This document shows, piece by piece, positions 31,905 to 43,995 of a stretch of 64,000 bases of DNA. A model generated the notes under the pieces. The model saw nothing but the letters and a program-made list of their open reading frames with translations. It was not told the DNA's origin and made no database searches. A program made the translations under genes and the position numbers. Source of the DNA: an uncultured Actinomycetota bacterium (GTDB lineage: Bacteria > Actinomycetota > Actinomycetes > Mycobacteriales > Mycobacteriaceae); NCBI GenBank assembly GCA_963762535.1, contig CAVXKX010000006.1:66638-130637 (forward strand). The letters run 5' to 3'. How positions within the stretch are numbered: position 1 is the first letter of the stretch; each line of letters opens with the position of its first letter.

Positions 31905-31983
31905 GCATCTACCCGATACCGGCCGCCGACCTGCTGATAATGTCATTACCGTTTTAGGCTAATGAAACTCTCGGAGGCGCTGG

Positions 31984-33214
31984 ATGACGGAGTCGGTAGC
32001 GCAGTTCGCCGAGCGGGCCCGCGGGTGGCTGGCCGACAACATGCCCCGCATCCCCGACCCGGCCAATCCGCCCTACGGCGACCGGGGCGAGGCTGACTCC
32101 TGGCAGCACGTCCGCCAATTACAGCGACGCCTCTACGACGGCGGCTTCGCCGGAATCTGTTTCCCGAGCGCCTACGGCGGACTCGGCCTCGACATCGCGT
32201 ACCAGAAGGCATTCGACGACGAGAGCGCCTGCTACGAGATGCCACTGATGCTGAACACGCCGACGTTCACCATCTGCTGCGCGACGATCCTGGACACCGG
32301 CAGCGAAGACCAGAAGCGACAACACATTTCGGCGGCGCTGCGCGGCGACGAGGTGCTCGTGCAGCTACTGTCGGAGCCCAGTGGCGGCTCGGACCTGGCG
32401 GGGGTACTCACCCGGGCCGAGCGACGCGGCGACAAGTGGATCATCAACGGCGCCAAGACATGGAGCACCGGAGCCTTCGCCGCCGACTACGGGCTACTGC
32501 TGGCCCGGACCAACTGGAATGTGCCCAAGCACGAAGGCCTGACGATGTTCCTGGCCCGCCTGGACAGCCCGGGCATCACGTTGCGCCGGATCAAACAGGT
32601 CAACGGCTCCACCGAGTTCTGCGAGGAATTCTTCGACGACCTCGAACTCGGCGACGACGCGGTCGTCGGCGAAGTCGACAAGGGCTGGGAGGTGGCCTCG
32701 CGCCAGCTGTACCACGAGCGGCGCGCGGTGGGCGGCGGCTCGGAGTTCGCCAGTGGCAGCGGCGCCGAGAACAACCAGGAACAGGCGCCCGACTACCACG
32801 CGATCATTCGCGCGGCCGGGCTGAGCGACAACGAAGCGCGCTCGCGAGCTGGCCGGCCGTGCGCTCACCCGACGCGCGGTGTGGGAGCAGCTGATCGACC
32901 ACGTCTACCGCAGCGTGCTGGACGGATCGCTGCCGCCGACCGGTGGCACGCTGATTCGCCTCTTTCAGGCCGAGGAAGTGGCGCTCGAGATCGACACCGC
33001 GTTAACCGTCGCGGGCAGCGCCGGCGTCGTGGACGGATCGGCTGACTTGATGTTCGTCGGCGAGCGCTACCTGTCCCGGCAGACCGCAGCGCTCGGTGGT
33101 GGCACGACGGAGATGGCGCGCAACGTGATCGGCGAACGCGTCCTCGGCTTCCCGCGCGAATTCGCCGCCGACCGGGGCGTGCCTTTCAACCAGGTCAGGC
33201 ACGGCCGTTCCTGA
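31984..33214 (+). CDS. Acyl-CoA dehydrogenase (FadE family); frameshift near 32850
   Basis: QLLSEPSGGSDLA, WIINGAKTWST, PKHEGLTMFL, EFCEEFFDD and GGGTTEMARNVIGERVLGFPRE. Confidence 0.9.
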
Positions 33215-33223
33215 CCGGCCACG

Positions 33224-33290
33224 GGCGCCGAGATCGACGGCAGCGTGCGGCCCTCTCGCGTTTTCTCGCGCCTGCGTCGATCTCGGCGCC
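33224..33290. repeat. REP-like inverted repeat / terminator between convergent genes
   Basis: Perfect 16-bp arms GGCGCCGAGATCGACG (33224-33239) and CGTCGATCTCGGCGCC (33275-33290). Confidence 0.75.
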
Positions 33291-34552
33291 TACCGCTTCA
33301 GTCGCGAAAGTACTTCGCCGACAACGGCATCAGTCGTCACATCGACCTGATCGCCGGTCGTCAGATCTTTGATCCCGATCGTTCCGGCATCGATGTCGCG
33401 GTCTCCGGCCACCAGCGCCAGCCGGGCACCGGATCGATCGGCTGCGCGCATCGCTGCCTTGAGGCCGCGATCGCCGTAGGACAGGTCAACGCGCACACCG
33501 GAGGCGCGCAGTTTTCCGGCCAGCACCGCCAGCCGAAGCTTGGCCTGATCGCCCAGCGGCGCGCCGAACACCTCGCACCGCGCAGTCTGCCCGACGTCTT
33601 TGCCTTCGGCCGCAGCGCCAACATCGTGCGGTCGACACCGAGACCGAAGCCGATGCCGGACAGGTCTTGTCCGCCGAGCTGTCGCATCAGCCCGTCGTAG
33701 CGACCGCCGCCGCCGATACCCGACTGGGCGCCCAGCCCGTCGTGCACGAACTCGAAGGTGGTTTTGGTGTAGTAGTCCAGCCCGCGCACCATCCGCGGGT
33801 TGATCACGTACGGCACGCCCAGCCCGTCGAGGTGGGCCAGCACGGTGTCGAAGTGCTGCTTGGCCTGATCGGAGAGATGGTCGAGCATCACCGGCGCATC
33901 GGCCGTCATCGCCTTGACCTCGGGGCGCTTGTCGTCGAGTACCCGCAGCGGGTTGATCTCGGCGCGCTTACGCGTCTGCTCATCAAGGTCGAGGTGAAAC
34001 AAGAAGTCCTGCAACAGTTCCCGGTACTGCGGTCGGCAGCTGTCGTCGCCCAGCGAGGTGATTTCCAGGCGGAACCCGTCCAGACCCAGCGCACGGAAAC
34101 CGGCGTCGGCGACGGCGATCACCTCGGCGTCCAAGGCGGGGTCGTCCACGCCGATGGCTTCGACACCGACTTGCTGAAGCTGGCGGTAGCGGCCCGCCTG
34201 GGGGCGCTCGTAACGGAAGAACGGGCCGGCGTAACAGAGCTTGACCGGCAGCGCGCCGCGGTCCAGACCGTGCTCGATCACCGCACGCACCACTCCTGCG
34301 GTGCCCTCCGGCCGAAGCGTCACCGAGCGGTCGCCGCGGTCGGCGAAGGTGTACATCTCCTTCGACACCACGTCGGTGGACTCCCCGACCCCGCGGGCGA
34401 ACAACGCGGTGTCCTCGAAGATCGGCAATTCGATATCGCTGTACCCGGCTCGACGGGCGGCATCCAGCAGGGCCGAGCGGACCGCGACGAACTGTGCCGA
34501 CTCCGGCGGGACGTAGTCCGGGACGCCTTTCGGCGCCGAGAACTCACGTCAC
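33290..34552 (-). CDS. hisS: Histidine--tRNA ligase (indels near 34545 and 33600)
   Basis: [48 protein letters not shown] and GGGGRYDGL. Confidence 0.96.
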
Positions 34553-35214
34553 GGGCTGAGCCCTTCGATGAACGGGTTGGACCGGCGTTCCTCGCCGATC
34601 GTGGTCGAGTTGCCGTGACCGGGCAGCACCACCGTGCTGTCGTCGAGAACCAGCAGCTTGTCGACGATCGAGCGCAGCAGGTCGCGGCCGCTGCCGCCGA
34701 ACAGGTCGGTACGCCCGACCGACCGCTGGAACAGCGTGTCGCCGGTGAACACGAGACTTTCCTTATCGCCGCTCACCCGGAAAACCACCGATCCGCGGGT
34801 GTGGCCGGGCGTGTGGTCGACGGTGACGCTCACACCGGCGAGGTCGATCTTGTCCCCGTCGCGGTCGAGTTCGATGACCTGCTTGGGCTCGCGGAAGATC
34901 GCGGCGAGCAGTATCTGACCCAGTTTGGGCCCGAAATCCTTGATCGGGTCGGTCAGCATGAACCGGTCTTCGGGATGGATGTACGTCGGGCAGCCGAACG
35001 TGTCGGACACCTTCTGCGCCGACCAGATGTGGTCGATGTGGCCGTGGGTGAGCAATACCGCCGCCGGCGTCAGCCGATTCTTGTCGAGGATGCGCCGCAG
35101 CTGACCCATGGCACGCTGGCCCGGATCGACCACGATCGCATCCGCTCCGGGATGCGGTGCCAGCACGTAGCAGTTGCACTGCAGCAACCCGGCGGGAAAT
35201 CCGGTGATCAACAC
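34549..35214 (-). CDS. MBL-fold metallo-hydrolase (glyoxalase II-like), Rv2581c ortholog
   Basis: LLTHGHIDH, HTPGHTRGS, FTGDTLF and LPGHG. GTG start at MLITGFPAG. Confidence 0.92.
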   Translation of the reverse strand: MLITGFPAGLLQCNCYVLAPHPGADAIVVDPGQRAMGQLRRILDKNRLTPAAVLLTHGHIDHIWSAQKVSDTFGCPTYIHPEDRFMLTDPIKDFGPKLGQILLAAIFREPKQVIELDRDGDKIDLAGVSVTVDHTPGHTRGSVVFRVSGDKESLVFTGDTLFQRSVGRTDLFGGSGRDLLRSIVDKLLVLDDSTVVLPGHGNSTTIGEERRSNPFIEGLSP

Positions 35215-35237
35215 GCTGTCCAGTTTCCCATCCAGTT

Positions 35238-35283
35238 CGCCCGACGACGATGCGGCCCGCACAGCGGGGGCTGAGGAGCCGGG
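35238..35283. repeat. Single MIRU-like unit
   Basis: CGCCCGACGACGATGCGGCCCGCACAGCGGGGGCTGAGGAGCCGGG resembles the GACGACGATGC...TGAGGAG core of mycobacterial interspersed repeats (recalled consensus). Confidence 0.5.
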
Positions 35284-35377
35284 CCATGTGCCCCGCGCCC
35301 CCGGGTCGCGCCACCCTTATCGAGGGTGAACTGGCACACTCGTGCTGACCCAGCCCGCGATCATGAAGGGACAGGCG

Positions 35378-36247
35378 GTGCCGAGCAACGAACAGCGACG
35401 TGCGTCAGCCAAGCGCAAATTGGAACGGCAGCTTGAGCGCCGCGCTCAGCAAGCCCGCCGTCGCCGAATCCTGGCCATCGTCGGAGGGTCGGTCGCCGCG
35501 GTGGTCGCGGTGGCCGCGATCGTGGTCACCGTCGTAATGGGAAACCACGACGACAAGAAGGCCTCAGCCGCCGGAGACACCTCGACCAGCGCCGCTCCGA
35601 GCGTGTCGGGTGCGGCATTGCCGGCCTTCAAGCCGGCCGCCGACCTCGGTGCCAACTGCCAATACCCGCCGTCGGCCGGGCCGGCGACCAAACCGGCGAA
35701 GCCGCCCCGAACAGGCAAGGTGCCGACCGATCCGGCACAGGTCAGCGTCAGCATGGTCACCAACCAAGGCCACATCGGCCTGCTGCTCGCCAACAACGAA
35801 TCACCCTGCACCGTCAACAGTTTCGCGAGCCTGGCGCAGCAGAAGTTCTTCGACGACACCAAATGCCACCGTCTGACCTCCGGGCCGGCATCGTCGATCC
35901 TGCAGTGCGGCGACCCGAGCGCCGATGGCACCGGCGGACCCGGGCTACCAGTTCGCCAACGAATACCCGACCGACCAGTACCCGCCGAATGACCCCAAGG
36001 CCCGCGAGCCGGTGATCTACCCGAGCGGAACCTTGGCGATGGCCAACAGCGGGCCGAACACCAACGGCAGCCAATTCTTCCTGGTGTACAAGCGACACCC
36101 AGCTGCCGCCCGGACTACACGATCTTCGGCAAAATCCAGCAGGACGGGCTGGACACCCTGGACAAGATCGCCAAGGGCGGCGTCGCCGGCGGCGACGGAC
36201 GGACCGCCGGCTACCGAGGTCATCATCAAGTCTGTGCTGCTGGACTG

Positions 36248-36248
<1 letters not shown>
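35378..36248 (+). CDS. ppiB: Cyclophilin-type peptidyl-prolyl isomerase B, Rv2582 ortholog (frameshifted)
   Basis: MPSNEQRR...TM...SPCTVNSFASLA..FFDDTKCHRLT...LQCGDP...GPGYQFANEYPT...TLAMANSGPNTNGSQFFLVY. Confidence 0.92.
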
Positions 36249-37022
<774 letters not shown>

Positions 37023-37045
<23 letters not shown>

Positions 37046-38036
37046 CCGCTCGACGTAGGTGTGCGCCGCAGCGCCGGATGGAGTCTTCGGTGGGTGTCGG
37101 ATGCCAGCCGAGTTCCCGGGTCGCTTTGGCATGGCTGGCCGGTGAGGTCAATTCCACCAACCGCGCGCTTTGCATAGTGATCGGAAAATCCTTGCCCAGC
37201 AACGCTCCCGCCGCATCGGACAACCGGGCGAAACCGTACATCGCCGCCATCGGAATACCTATCCGCGGCGGCCGGGCGCCGACTGCCTGCGCGGCGATGG
37301 TCAGCAGTTCGCGCTGGGTCATGTAACGCTCCGAGATGATGTAGCGCTGCCCGACCCGTCCCCGCTGAGCGGCCAGCAGTAGTCCGTCGGCCGCGTCGTC
37401 GATACCGACCACCTCGGAGCCGACGCCGCGAACGTAGAACGGCATCTTCCCCTGCGCGGCGAGCTTGATCAACATCCCTTGGCGCGGTTGCCAATCGGGC
37501 GGCCCGTACGGGTTCGACACGTTGGCTACCACACCGGGCAGACCGTGATCGGCGACGTACGACAACACCAGTTGCTCGGCGGCACGCCGGGATTCGATAT
37601 AGCTGCCGGCCCGATCAGCCCAATTGAACGGGGTGTCCTCGTCGACGGTTTCGCCGTGTCGGCCAACCGCAATGGTGCCGATGGTGCTCAGGAAGACGAA
37701 TCGCTGAAGGTTCGCCCGCACCGCCACATCGAGTACGTGACGCAGGGCTTCGACATTGGTCTTGAACAGCGGGGCGGGATCTCGTAGCTCGGCCCGGGTG
37801 TCGACGACGCAGTAATACACGACGTCACGGTCCGCCATCGCCGCCGCGACCGAGGCGCTGTCGACGAGATCGCCGTACTTGCGTTCGACGTCCAAGCCGT
37901 CGATTCCTCTGGTGGAACTGGACTTTCGCAGCAAGACCCGAACCTCGGCACCGGCGGCTGCGAGATGCCGGGTCACGCATGCGCCCACATTGCCGCTGGC
38001 TCCCATGACCAGCGCGCGCTGTCCGGCGATATCCAC
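37023..38036 (-). CDS. NAD-dependent epimerase/dehydratase (extended SDR, DFR/3-beta-HSD-like)
   Basis: VMGASGNVG, TNVEAL, FLSTIG and SYIESRR (Y at the YxxxK position, with Lys replaced by Arg), plus SNPYGP. The C-terminus may be frameshifted. Confidence 0.88.
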
Positions 38037-38039
38037 CCG

Positions 38040-40416
38040 TCAGGCTGCTGACGTCACCCGGTAGACGTCATAGACGCCTTCGACATTGCGGACCACGTCG
38101 AGCAGATGCCCTAGGTGCATCGGGTCACCCATCTCAAAAGTGAAGCGGCTGATGGCCACTCGGTCGCCGGCAGAGGTGGTCACCGACGCCGACAGGATGT
38201 TGACGCGTTCGTCGGCGAGCACGCGGGTGACGTCGGACAGCAGCCGGTGCCGGTCGAGCGCCTCGACCTGGATGGCCACCAGGAACACCGACGACGGCGA
38301 CGGTGCCCAGTGCACCTCGATGATGCGCTCGGACTGCTGCTGCAGCGAGGTGGCGTTGGTGCAGTCGGTGCGGTGCACGCTGACTCCCCCGCCGCGGGTG
38401 ACGAAACCGAGGATCAAATCGCCGGGCACCGGCGTGCAGCATTTGGCGAGCTTGGTCAGCACACCCGGTGCGCCGGGTACCGCGACGCCGACGTCGTCGC
38501 TGCGCGGGCGGCGCGGGATCGCCGTAAGGGTCGAGCGTTCGGCCAGGTCCTCTTCGGCCTGGTCGATTCCGCCGAGTTCGACCAGCAGCCGTTGCACGAC
38601 ATGCTTGGCTGAGATATGGCCTTCGCCCACCGCGGTGTAGAGCGCTGAGACGTCGGCGTAGTGCAGCTCATTGGCCACCGCCGCCATCGATCCGCCATTG
38701 ACCAAGCGCTGCAACGGAAGACCGCCGCGGCGTACCTCGCGCGTGATCGCATCCTTGCCGGTTTCCAGCGCCTCTTCGCGGCGTTCCTTGGCGAACCATT
38801 GCCGGATCTTGGCCTTGGCACGCGGTGAGACCACGAACTGCTGCCAGTCCCTCGACGGCCCGGCGGTGGACGCTTTCGAGGTGAAGACCTCGACGACTTC
38901 GCCGTTGTCCAGCTTGCGCTCCAGCGCGACCAAGCGGCCATTGACGCGCGCTCCGATGCAGCGGTGGCCGACCTCGGTGTGCACGGCGTAGGCGAAGTCC
39001 ACCGGGGTGGACCCGGTCGGCAACGTGATCACGTCGCCCTTCGGGGTGAAGACGAAGATCTCTTGCACCGCAAGGTCGTAACGCAGCGACTCGAGGAACT
39101 CGCCGGGGTCGGCGGCCTCCCGTTGCCAGTCGAGCAGCTGACGCATCCAGGCCATGTCGTCAATCTCGGCGGAGGCGTGCAAGTGCGGTACGCCGTTGCG
39201 GCCCTTGGTCTCTTTGTAGCGCCAGTGCGCGGCGATGCCGTACTCCGCGGTGCGGTGCATGTCGCGGGTGCGGATCTGCACCTCCAGCGGCTTGCCCTCC
39301 GGGCCGACGACAGTGGTGTGCAGCGACTGGTACACCCCGTAGCGCGGCTGCGCGATGTAGTCCTTGAACCGGCCGGCCATCGGCTGCCACAGCGAATGCA
39401 CAACGCCGACAGCGGCATAGCAGTCGCGGATCTCATCACACAGGATGCGAATGCCGACCAGGTCGTGGATGTCGTCGAAGTCGCGGCCCTTGACGATCAT
39501 CTTCTGGTAGATCGACCAGTAGTGCTTGGGCCGTCCCTCCACCACCGCGCTGATCTTCGACCCGGTGAGCGTGGCGATGATCTCGGCCCGCACCTTGGCC
39601 AGATAGGTGTCGCGGGACGGCGCCCGGCCGGCGACCAGTCGCACGATCTCCTCGTACTTCTTGGGATGCAGGATCGCGAAGGACAGGTCCTCCAACTCCC
39701 ACTTGACCGTCGCCATACCGAGCCGATGCGCCAGCGGGGCAATGACTTCCAGGGTCTCGCGGGCCTTGCGCGCCTGCTTCTCCGGCGGCAGGAAGCGCAT
39801 GGTCCGCATGTTGTGCAGCCGGTCGGCCACCTTGATCACCAGCACCCGCGGGTCGCGTGCCATCGCGGTGATCATCTTGCGGATCGTCTCGCCCTCGGCG
39901 GCGCTGCCCAGCACCACCCGGTCCAACTTGGTCACCCCGTCGACCAGATGCCCGACCTCGTCGCCGAAATCGCGTGCCAACTGCCTCCAGGCTGTAGCCG
40001 GTGTCTTCGACGGTGTCATGCAACAACGCCGCCACCAGCGTGGTGGTGTCCATACCCAATTCGGCCAGGATGTTGGCCACCGCCAACGGGTGAGTGATGT
40101 ACGGGTCTCCCGAATGCCGCAGCTGGCTGGCGTGCCGTTGCTCGGCGACCTCGTAGGCCCGCTGCAACAACGACAGGTCGGCTTTCGGATAGATCTCGCG
40201 GTGCACCGCGACCAACGGCTCGAGCACCGGGCTGAGCGTGCTGCGCTGCGCGGTCATGCGTCGCGCCAGCCGGGCGCGGACCCGGCGCGAAGCGCTGCTG
40301 GGCGCCTTGAGTCCGATCCCCGGCTCATTCGCCGCGGGCGCGGCGGACGAGGGGAGATCGGCGAGCTGCAGCGGCTCGGTAGGCGGCTGTACCGCCGTCC
40401 CCTTGTCATCCGCCAC
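38040..40416 (-). CDS. relA: Bifunctional (p)ppGpp synthetase/hydrolase Rel (frameshift near 39985)
   Basis: HD domain [46 protein letters not shown] domain FVFTPKGD and an ACT domain. Confidence 0.96.
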
Positions 40417-40463
40417 GTTCGTCACCTCCGGAGCCTCAAGGATATCGCCCATCACGCCGTGCG

Positions 40464-40985
40464 CTAGAGAACGGCGACGCTGTGCACTGGCAGCGGCGCC
40501 AGGAGCTCACGGCCGCCCAGTCCGGCCAACTCGACGACCACCGCAGCGATACGCACCTGCGCTCCCGCACGTTCGAGCAGCCGGTGCGCTGCGGCAAGCG
40601 TCCCGCCGGTGGCCAGCACGTCGTCCACGATCACAACGCTGCGACCGGTCACATCGATCCCGTCGGCCGGCAGCTCCAGGCTCGCAGTGCCGTACTCGAG
40701 CTGGTAGTCCTCGGTGCGTACCGGCGGGGGTAGCTTGCCGCCCTTGCGAATGGCCAGCACGCCGGTCCGAAGCCGCGCGGCCAGGGCGCCGCCGAGCAAG
40801 AACCCGCGCGCGTCGATACCCGCGATCAGATCGGCGCCGGACGCGACGCCGGCCAACTCGTCGGTGACCGCCGCCAGTCCAGCCGCGTCGGCGAATAGCG
40901 GGGTCAGGTCCTTGAATTGGATGCCCGCCGAAGGGAAGTCGGCAACCTGTCGGGTCAGCGCAGCGACCAGGTCGGCTGCCCTCAC
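40464..40985 (-). CDS. apt: Adenine phosphoribosyltransferase
   Basis: [35 protein letters not shown] and [11 protein letters not shown]. Confidence 0.95.
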   Translation of the reverse strand: MRAADLVAALTRQVADFPSAGIQFKDLTPLFADAAGLAAVTDELAGVASGADLIAGIDARGFLLGGALAARLRTGVLAIRKGGKLPPPVRTEDYQLEYGTASLELPADGIDVTGRSVVIVDDVLATGGTLAAAHRLLERAGAQVRIAAVVVELAGLGGRELLAPLPVHSVAVL

Positions 40986-42655
40986 CTCACCAGGACCCAT
41001 CGGTCCATGTTCCAGCCGGCACCCCAACGGCTGGGGTTGGTGCCGACGGCGTACATCTTCTTCGACGCCAGCAGGGTCCGCTGTTGGCGGTACAGCGGCA
41101 GCGTCGGCATCGCGGCCCAGAGCACCGGTGCGCTCTCGGCCAGCAGCCGGACCAGGTCGGCGGGGTCGGCTGTCACCGCGAGCGAGCCGATGATCCCGTC
41201 GATTTGGCCGTTGGTGTAGCCGGACACGTTGTTGCCGTTGCCGCTGTGCAGGTCGTAGGCGTCCATGGCCGACGATCCGGTCGAACCGCTGCCGGTGGCC
41301 CCGCCGGTACTGGCCAGCAACACGTCGATCTTGCCGTCCTTGAGCGCCTGCGGCCCGACCGAGTCCGACGTGACGTCGGAAACCGTGATCCCCGCGGGAC
41401 CGCAGGCCTTGGCGATGGCGCCGACGATGGCGGCCAGTCGCGCATTGGGTCCCCGATAGCCGATTCGCACCGGCAGCGGCTTGTTCTTCAGCTCTGCGCG
41501 CGCCGCCACCGGGTTCGCTTTGATGAATTGGCCCGCCTCGGGCACGTTTTCGGCCTGACCGATGGCGTCGGCGGCGGCGCTGTGCAGCCGCGCGTTGGCG
41601 ATCGGCGCGGCGGCATCTCGGGCGATCACATCTCGAGGGGTGCACAACGCGACCGCGCGGCGGGCCGCGATGTCGGCCAATGGTCCGCTCGGCGCGAAGA
41701 TCAGCTGCTCGATGCCGTCGGCGGCGAAGTCGGTGCGGCGGTAGGTGTCAGGGGTGGCCAGGGCGCCCGATGAGCCGGCGGCCACGTCGACGACGTCGGC
41801 GCTCTTGTCGTTCACCCGGTCCTGAATGTCGGCCTTCTGCGGCCAGACCGTGACCCGCTTGGTGATCGGCTTGGCACCCCACCACTTGTCGTTGGCGACG
41901 AGAACCACTGCGCCACCGTCCAATACCGATTCGATCTTGTACGGCCCTGCTGACGGAAAGTGCTTGGCGACGACGCCTGGGTCGGTCCCGGGCTTGAGAT
42001 TCCAGGTGGTGTTCCACAGCTGTGCGATGCGCGCGATGACCGGCCCGTTATTGCCCAAAAGCGCCGACGTCACGCTGGCGTCTGGGCCGCCGAGCTCGTC
42101 GGCAATGACATGCGACGGCATCACCGAGGTCGCGGTGAACAGCTGGTTGTAGTCGACGATGTTTCGGTCGGGAGCGAACGACACCCGCGCCTTCTTCTGC
42201 CCCGGTTGGCAATCGATCGACGTGACGTCGACATAGCCCGCCTGGCTGGCTGCGTCGAAGCCGGGAAAACGGCCGGACTGGGCTGCCCAGGCCAACACCA
42301 GGTCGTCGCAGGTGACCGGCCTACCGTCGGAGTAAACGGCGTTGTCGGCGATCTGATAGTCGAGCACCAGCGGCGATCCGCCGACCATCGAGATCGTGCC
42401 GAAGTCGTGGTCGGCGACGACCTGGCCGTCGGGGCCGTGGTAGCCGAATCCGGTCAGGGTGCGGGCGAAAGCCTGCGCTCCCGCCGAGGCCGCGCCGCCC
42501 ACTGTGTTGGTGTTGTAGGTGTCCAACGCGCCGTCGACGACGTAATCCACCTGCCCCGCAGCGCTTCCGGAGCACGCTGTCAACGCACCCGGCGTGGCGG
42601 CGGCAAGCATGAGCACCAGACAGCTGGCGGCCATCCGCCGACGCCAGGCAATCAT
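40982..42655 (-). CDS. Family-5 ABC transporter substrate-binding lipoprotein, Rv2585c ortholog
   Basis: Lipobox [22 protein letters not shown] and SAGPYKI. Syntenic between secF and apt. Confidence 0.9.
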   Translation of the reverse strand: MIAWRRRMAASCLVLMLAAATPGALTACSGSAAGQVDYVVDGALDTYNTNTVGGAASAGAQAFARTLTGFGYHGPDGQVVADHDFGTISMVGGSPLVLDYQIADNAVYSDGRPVTCDDLVLAWAAQSGRFPGFDAASQAGYVDVTSIDCQPGQKKARVSFAPDRNIVDYNQLFTATSVMPSHVIADELGGPDASVTSALLGNNGPVIARIAQLWNTTWNLKPGTDPGVVAKHFPSAGPYKIESVLDGGAVVLVANDKWWGAKPITKRVTVWPQKADIQDRVNDKSADVVDVAAGSSGALATPDTYRRTDFAADGIEQLIFAPSGPLADIAARRAVALCTPRDVIARDAAAPIANARLHSAAADAIGQAENVPEAGQFIKANPVAARAELKNKPLPVRIGYRGPNARLAAIVGAIAKACGPAGITVSDVTSDSVGPQALKDGKIDVLLASTGGATGSGSTGSSAMDAYDLHSGNGNNVSGYTNGQIDGIIGSLAVTADPADLVRLLAESAPVLWAAMPTLPLYRQQRTLLASKKMYAVGTNPSRWGAGWNMDRWVLVR

Positions 42656-42659
42656 CGGG

Positions 42660-43991
42660 CTAGCGTTTGTTCTGTTTGCCAGTCGGACGCGCATGGCGGC
42701 CGGCGGAGTGCCGAACCGGCCGGGCGCCCGGGGCCGGCTTGTTGGGCGCCGGCTCACCGGTGTCGACGAGGGACGCCCGGGCTGGTTTCGAGGACTCACC
42801 GGGCTCGTCGTCGGCCGGCTCGGTACGCGCCCGATCCTTGCCTGAGCCTTTGGCCCCCTTCTCTGAGGCCTTCGCGCCATCGGGTCCGCGTCGCCGCAGA
42901 ACGCGGCGGGTGTGGGTCTGCACCAGTTCGGTGCGCTCGCGCAGCGTGACCAGTAGCGGGGTGGCGAAGAAGATCGACGAGTAGGTGCCGACGATAATGC
43001 CGACCAGCTGCACCAGGGCCAGGTCTTTCAGTGTTCCCACGCCGAGCAGCCACACGGCCACCACCATCAGAGCCAGCACCGGCAGCGTGGAGATCAGGCT
43101 GGTGTTGATCGACCGCATGAACGTCTGGTTGACCGCGAGATTGGCCTCCTCGGCGAAGGTGCGCCGGGCCGTGTGCTGGAAGCCGTGGGTGTTCTCTTCG
43201 ACCTTGTCGAACACGATGACCGTGTCGTAGAGCGAGAAACCCAGGATCGTCAGCAGACCGATGACGGTGGCCGGGGTGACTTCGAAGCCCACCAGCGAAT
43301 AGATCCCAGCGGTGACCGCCAGGTCGAAAACCATTGTGGTCAGCGCCGAAATCGCCATGAAACGCTCGTAGCGAACGGTGATGTACAGGCTGACCAGCAC
43401 CAGGAACACCACCAAGGCGACGACCGCCTTTTTGGTGATCTGCCCGCCCCACGTCGACGACACCGCCGAATCCGAGATCGCCTTCTTGCTGGGCTGACCG
43501 TCGGGCCCCTTGGGCTGGTACTTGTCGAACAGCGCGTCGCGCAGCTTCTCGGTCTTGTCGTTGGGCAACGTCTCGGACCGAATCTGCACCGTCGCCGACG
43601 AGCCGTTGCCGACGATCACCACCGACTCCGGGTCGTGGCCCAACGCCTGGCGGAAGACGTCCTCGACCTGGCTGACCGTCGCATGGCCCTTGTCACCGGC
43701 GACGGGCATCGACATCGTGGTGCCGCCCTTGAAGTCGATGCCGAAGGTGAACCCGCGTACCAGAATGCTCAGCACCGCGATCGCGACGATCAGCCCGCTG
43801 ACCGCATACCACAGCGGACGACGCCCGATGACCTCGAATGCGCCGGTACCGGTGTAGAGGCGGGACAAGAAGCTGTGGCGCGGTAAGGCGCCCGTGTCGT
43901 TGCCCGTCGCCCGGACCACCCGTGCGGTGTCCTTGCTGAGTTCGACGGCGGTCGTGTCGTCGGCGCCGGCCGTGTCCGCGTTTGACGCCAT
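42660..43991 (-). CDS. secF: Protein translocase subunit SecF
   Basis: GIDFKGGT, YSLYDT-like GFSLYDTVIVFDKVEEN, and QTFMRSINTS. Confidence 0.96.
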   Translation of the reverse strand: MASNADTAGADDTTAVELSKDTARVVRATGNDTGALPRHSFLSRLYTGTGAFEVIGRRPLWYAVSGLIVAIAVLSILVRGFTFGIDFKGGTTMSMPVAGDKGHATVSQVEDVFRQALGHDPESVVIVGNGSSATVQIRSETLPNDKTEKLRDALFDKYQPKGPDGQPSKKAISDSAVSSTWGGQITKKAVVALVVFLVLVSLYITVRYERFMAISALTTMVFDLAVTAGIYSLVGFEVTPATVIGLLTILGFSLYDTVIVFDKVEENTHGFQHTARRTFAEEANLAVNQTFMRSINTSLISTLPVLALMVVAVWLLGVGTLKDLALVQLVGIIVGTYSSIFFATPLLVTLRERTELVQTHTRRVLRRRGPDGAKASEKGAKGSGKDRARTEPADDEPGESSKPARASLVDTGEPAPNKPAPGARPVRHSAGRHARPTGKQNKR

Positions 43992-43995
43992 CTCG

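Noticed and set aside
35215-35262. N-terminal extension MRAASSSGELDGKLDS on the MBL hydrolase
   Set aside because: It runs into a MIRU-like unit, and homologs start at MLITGFP (35214).
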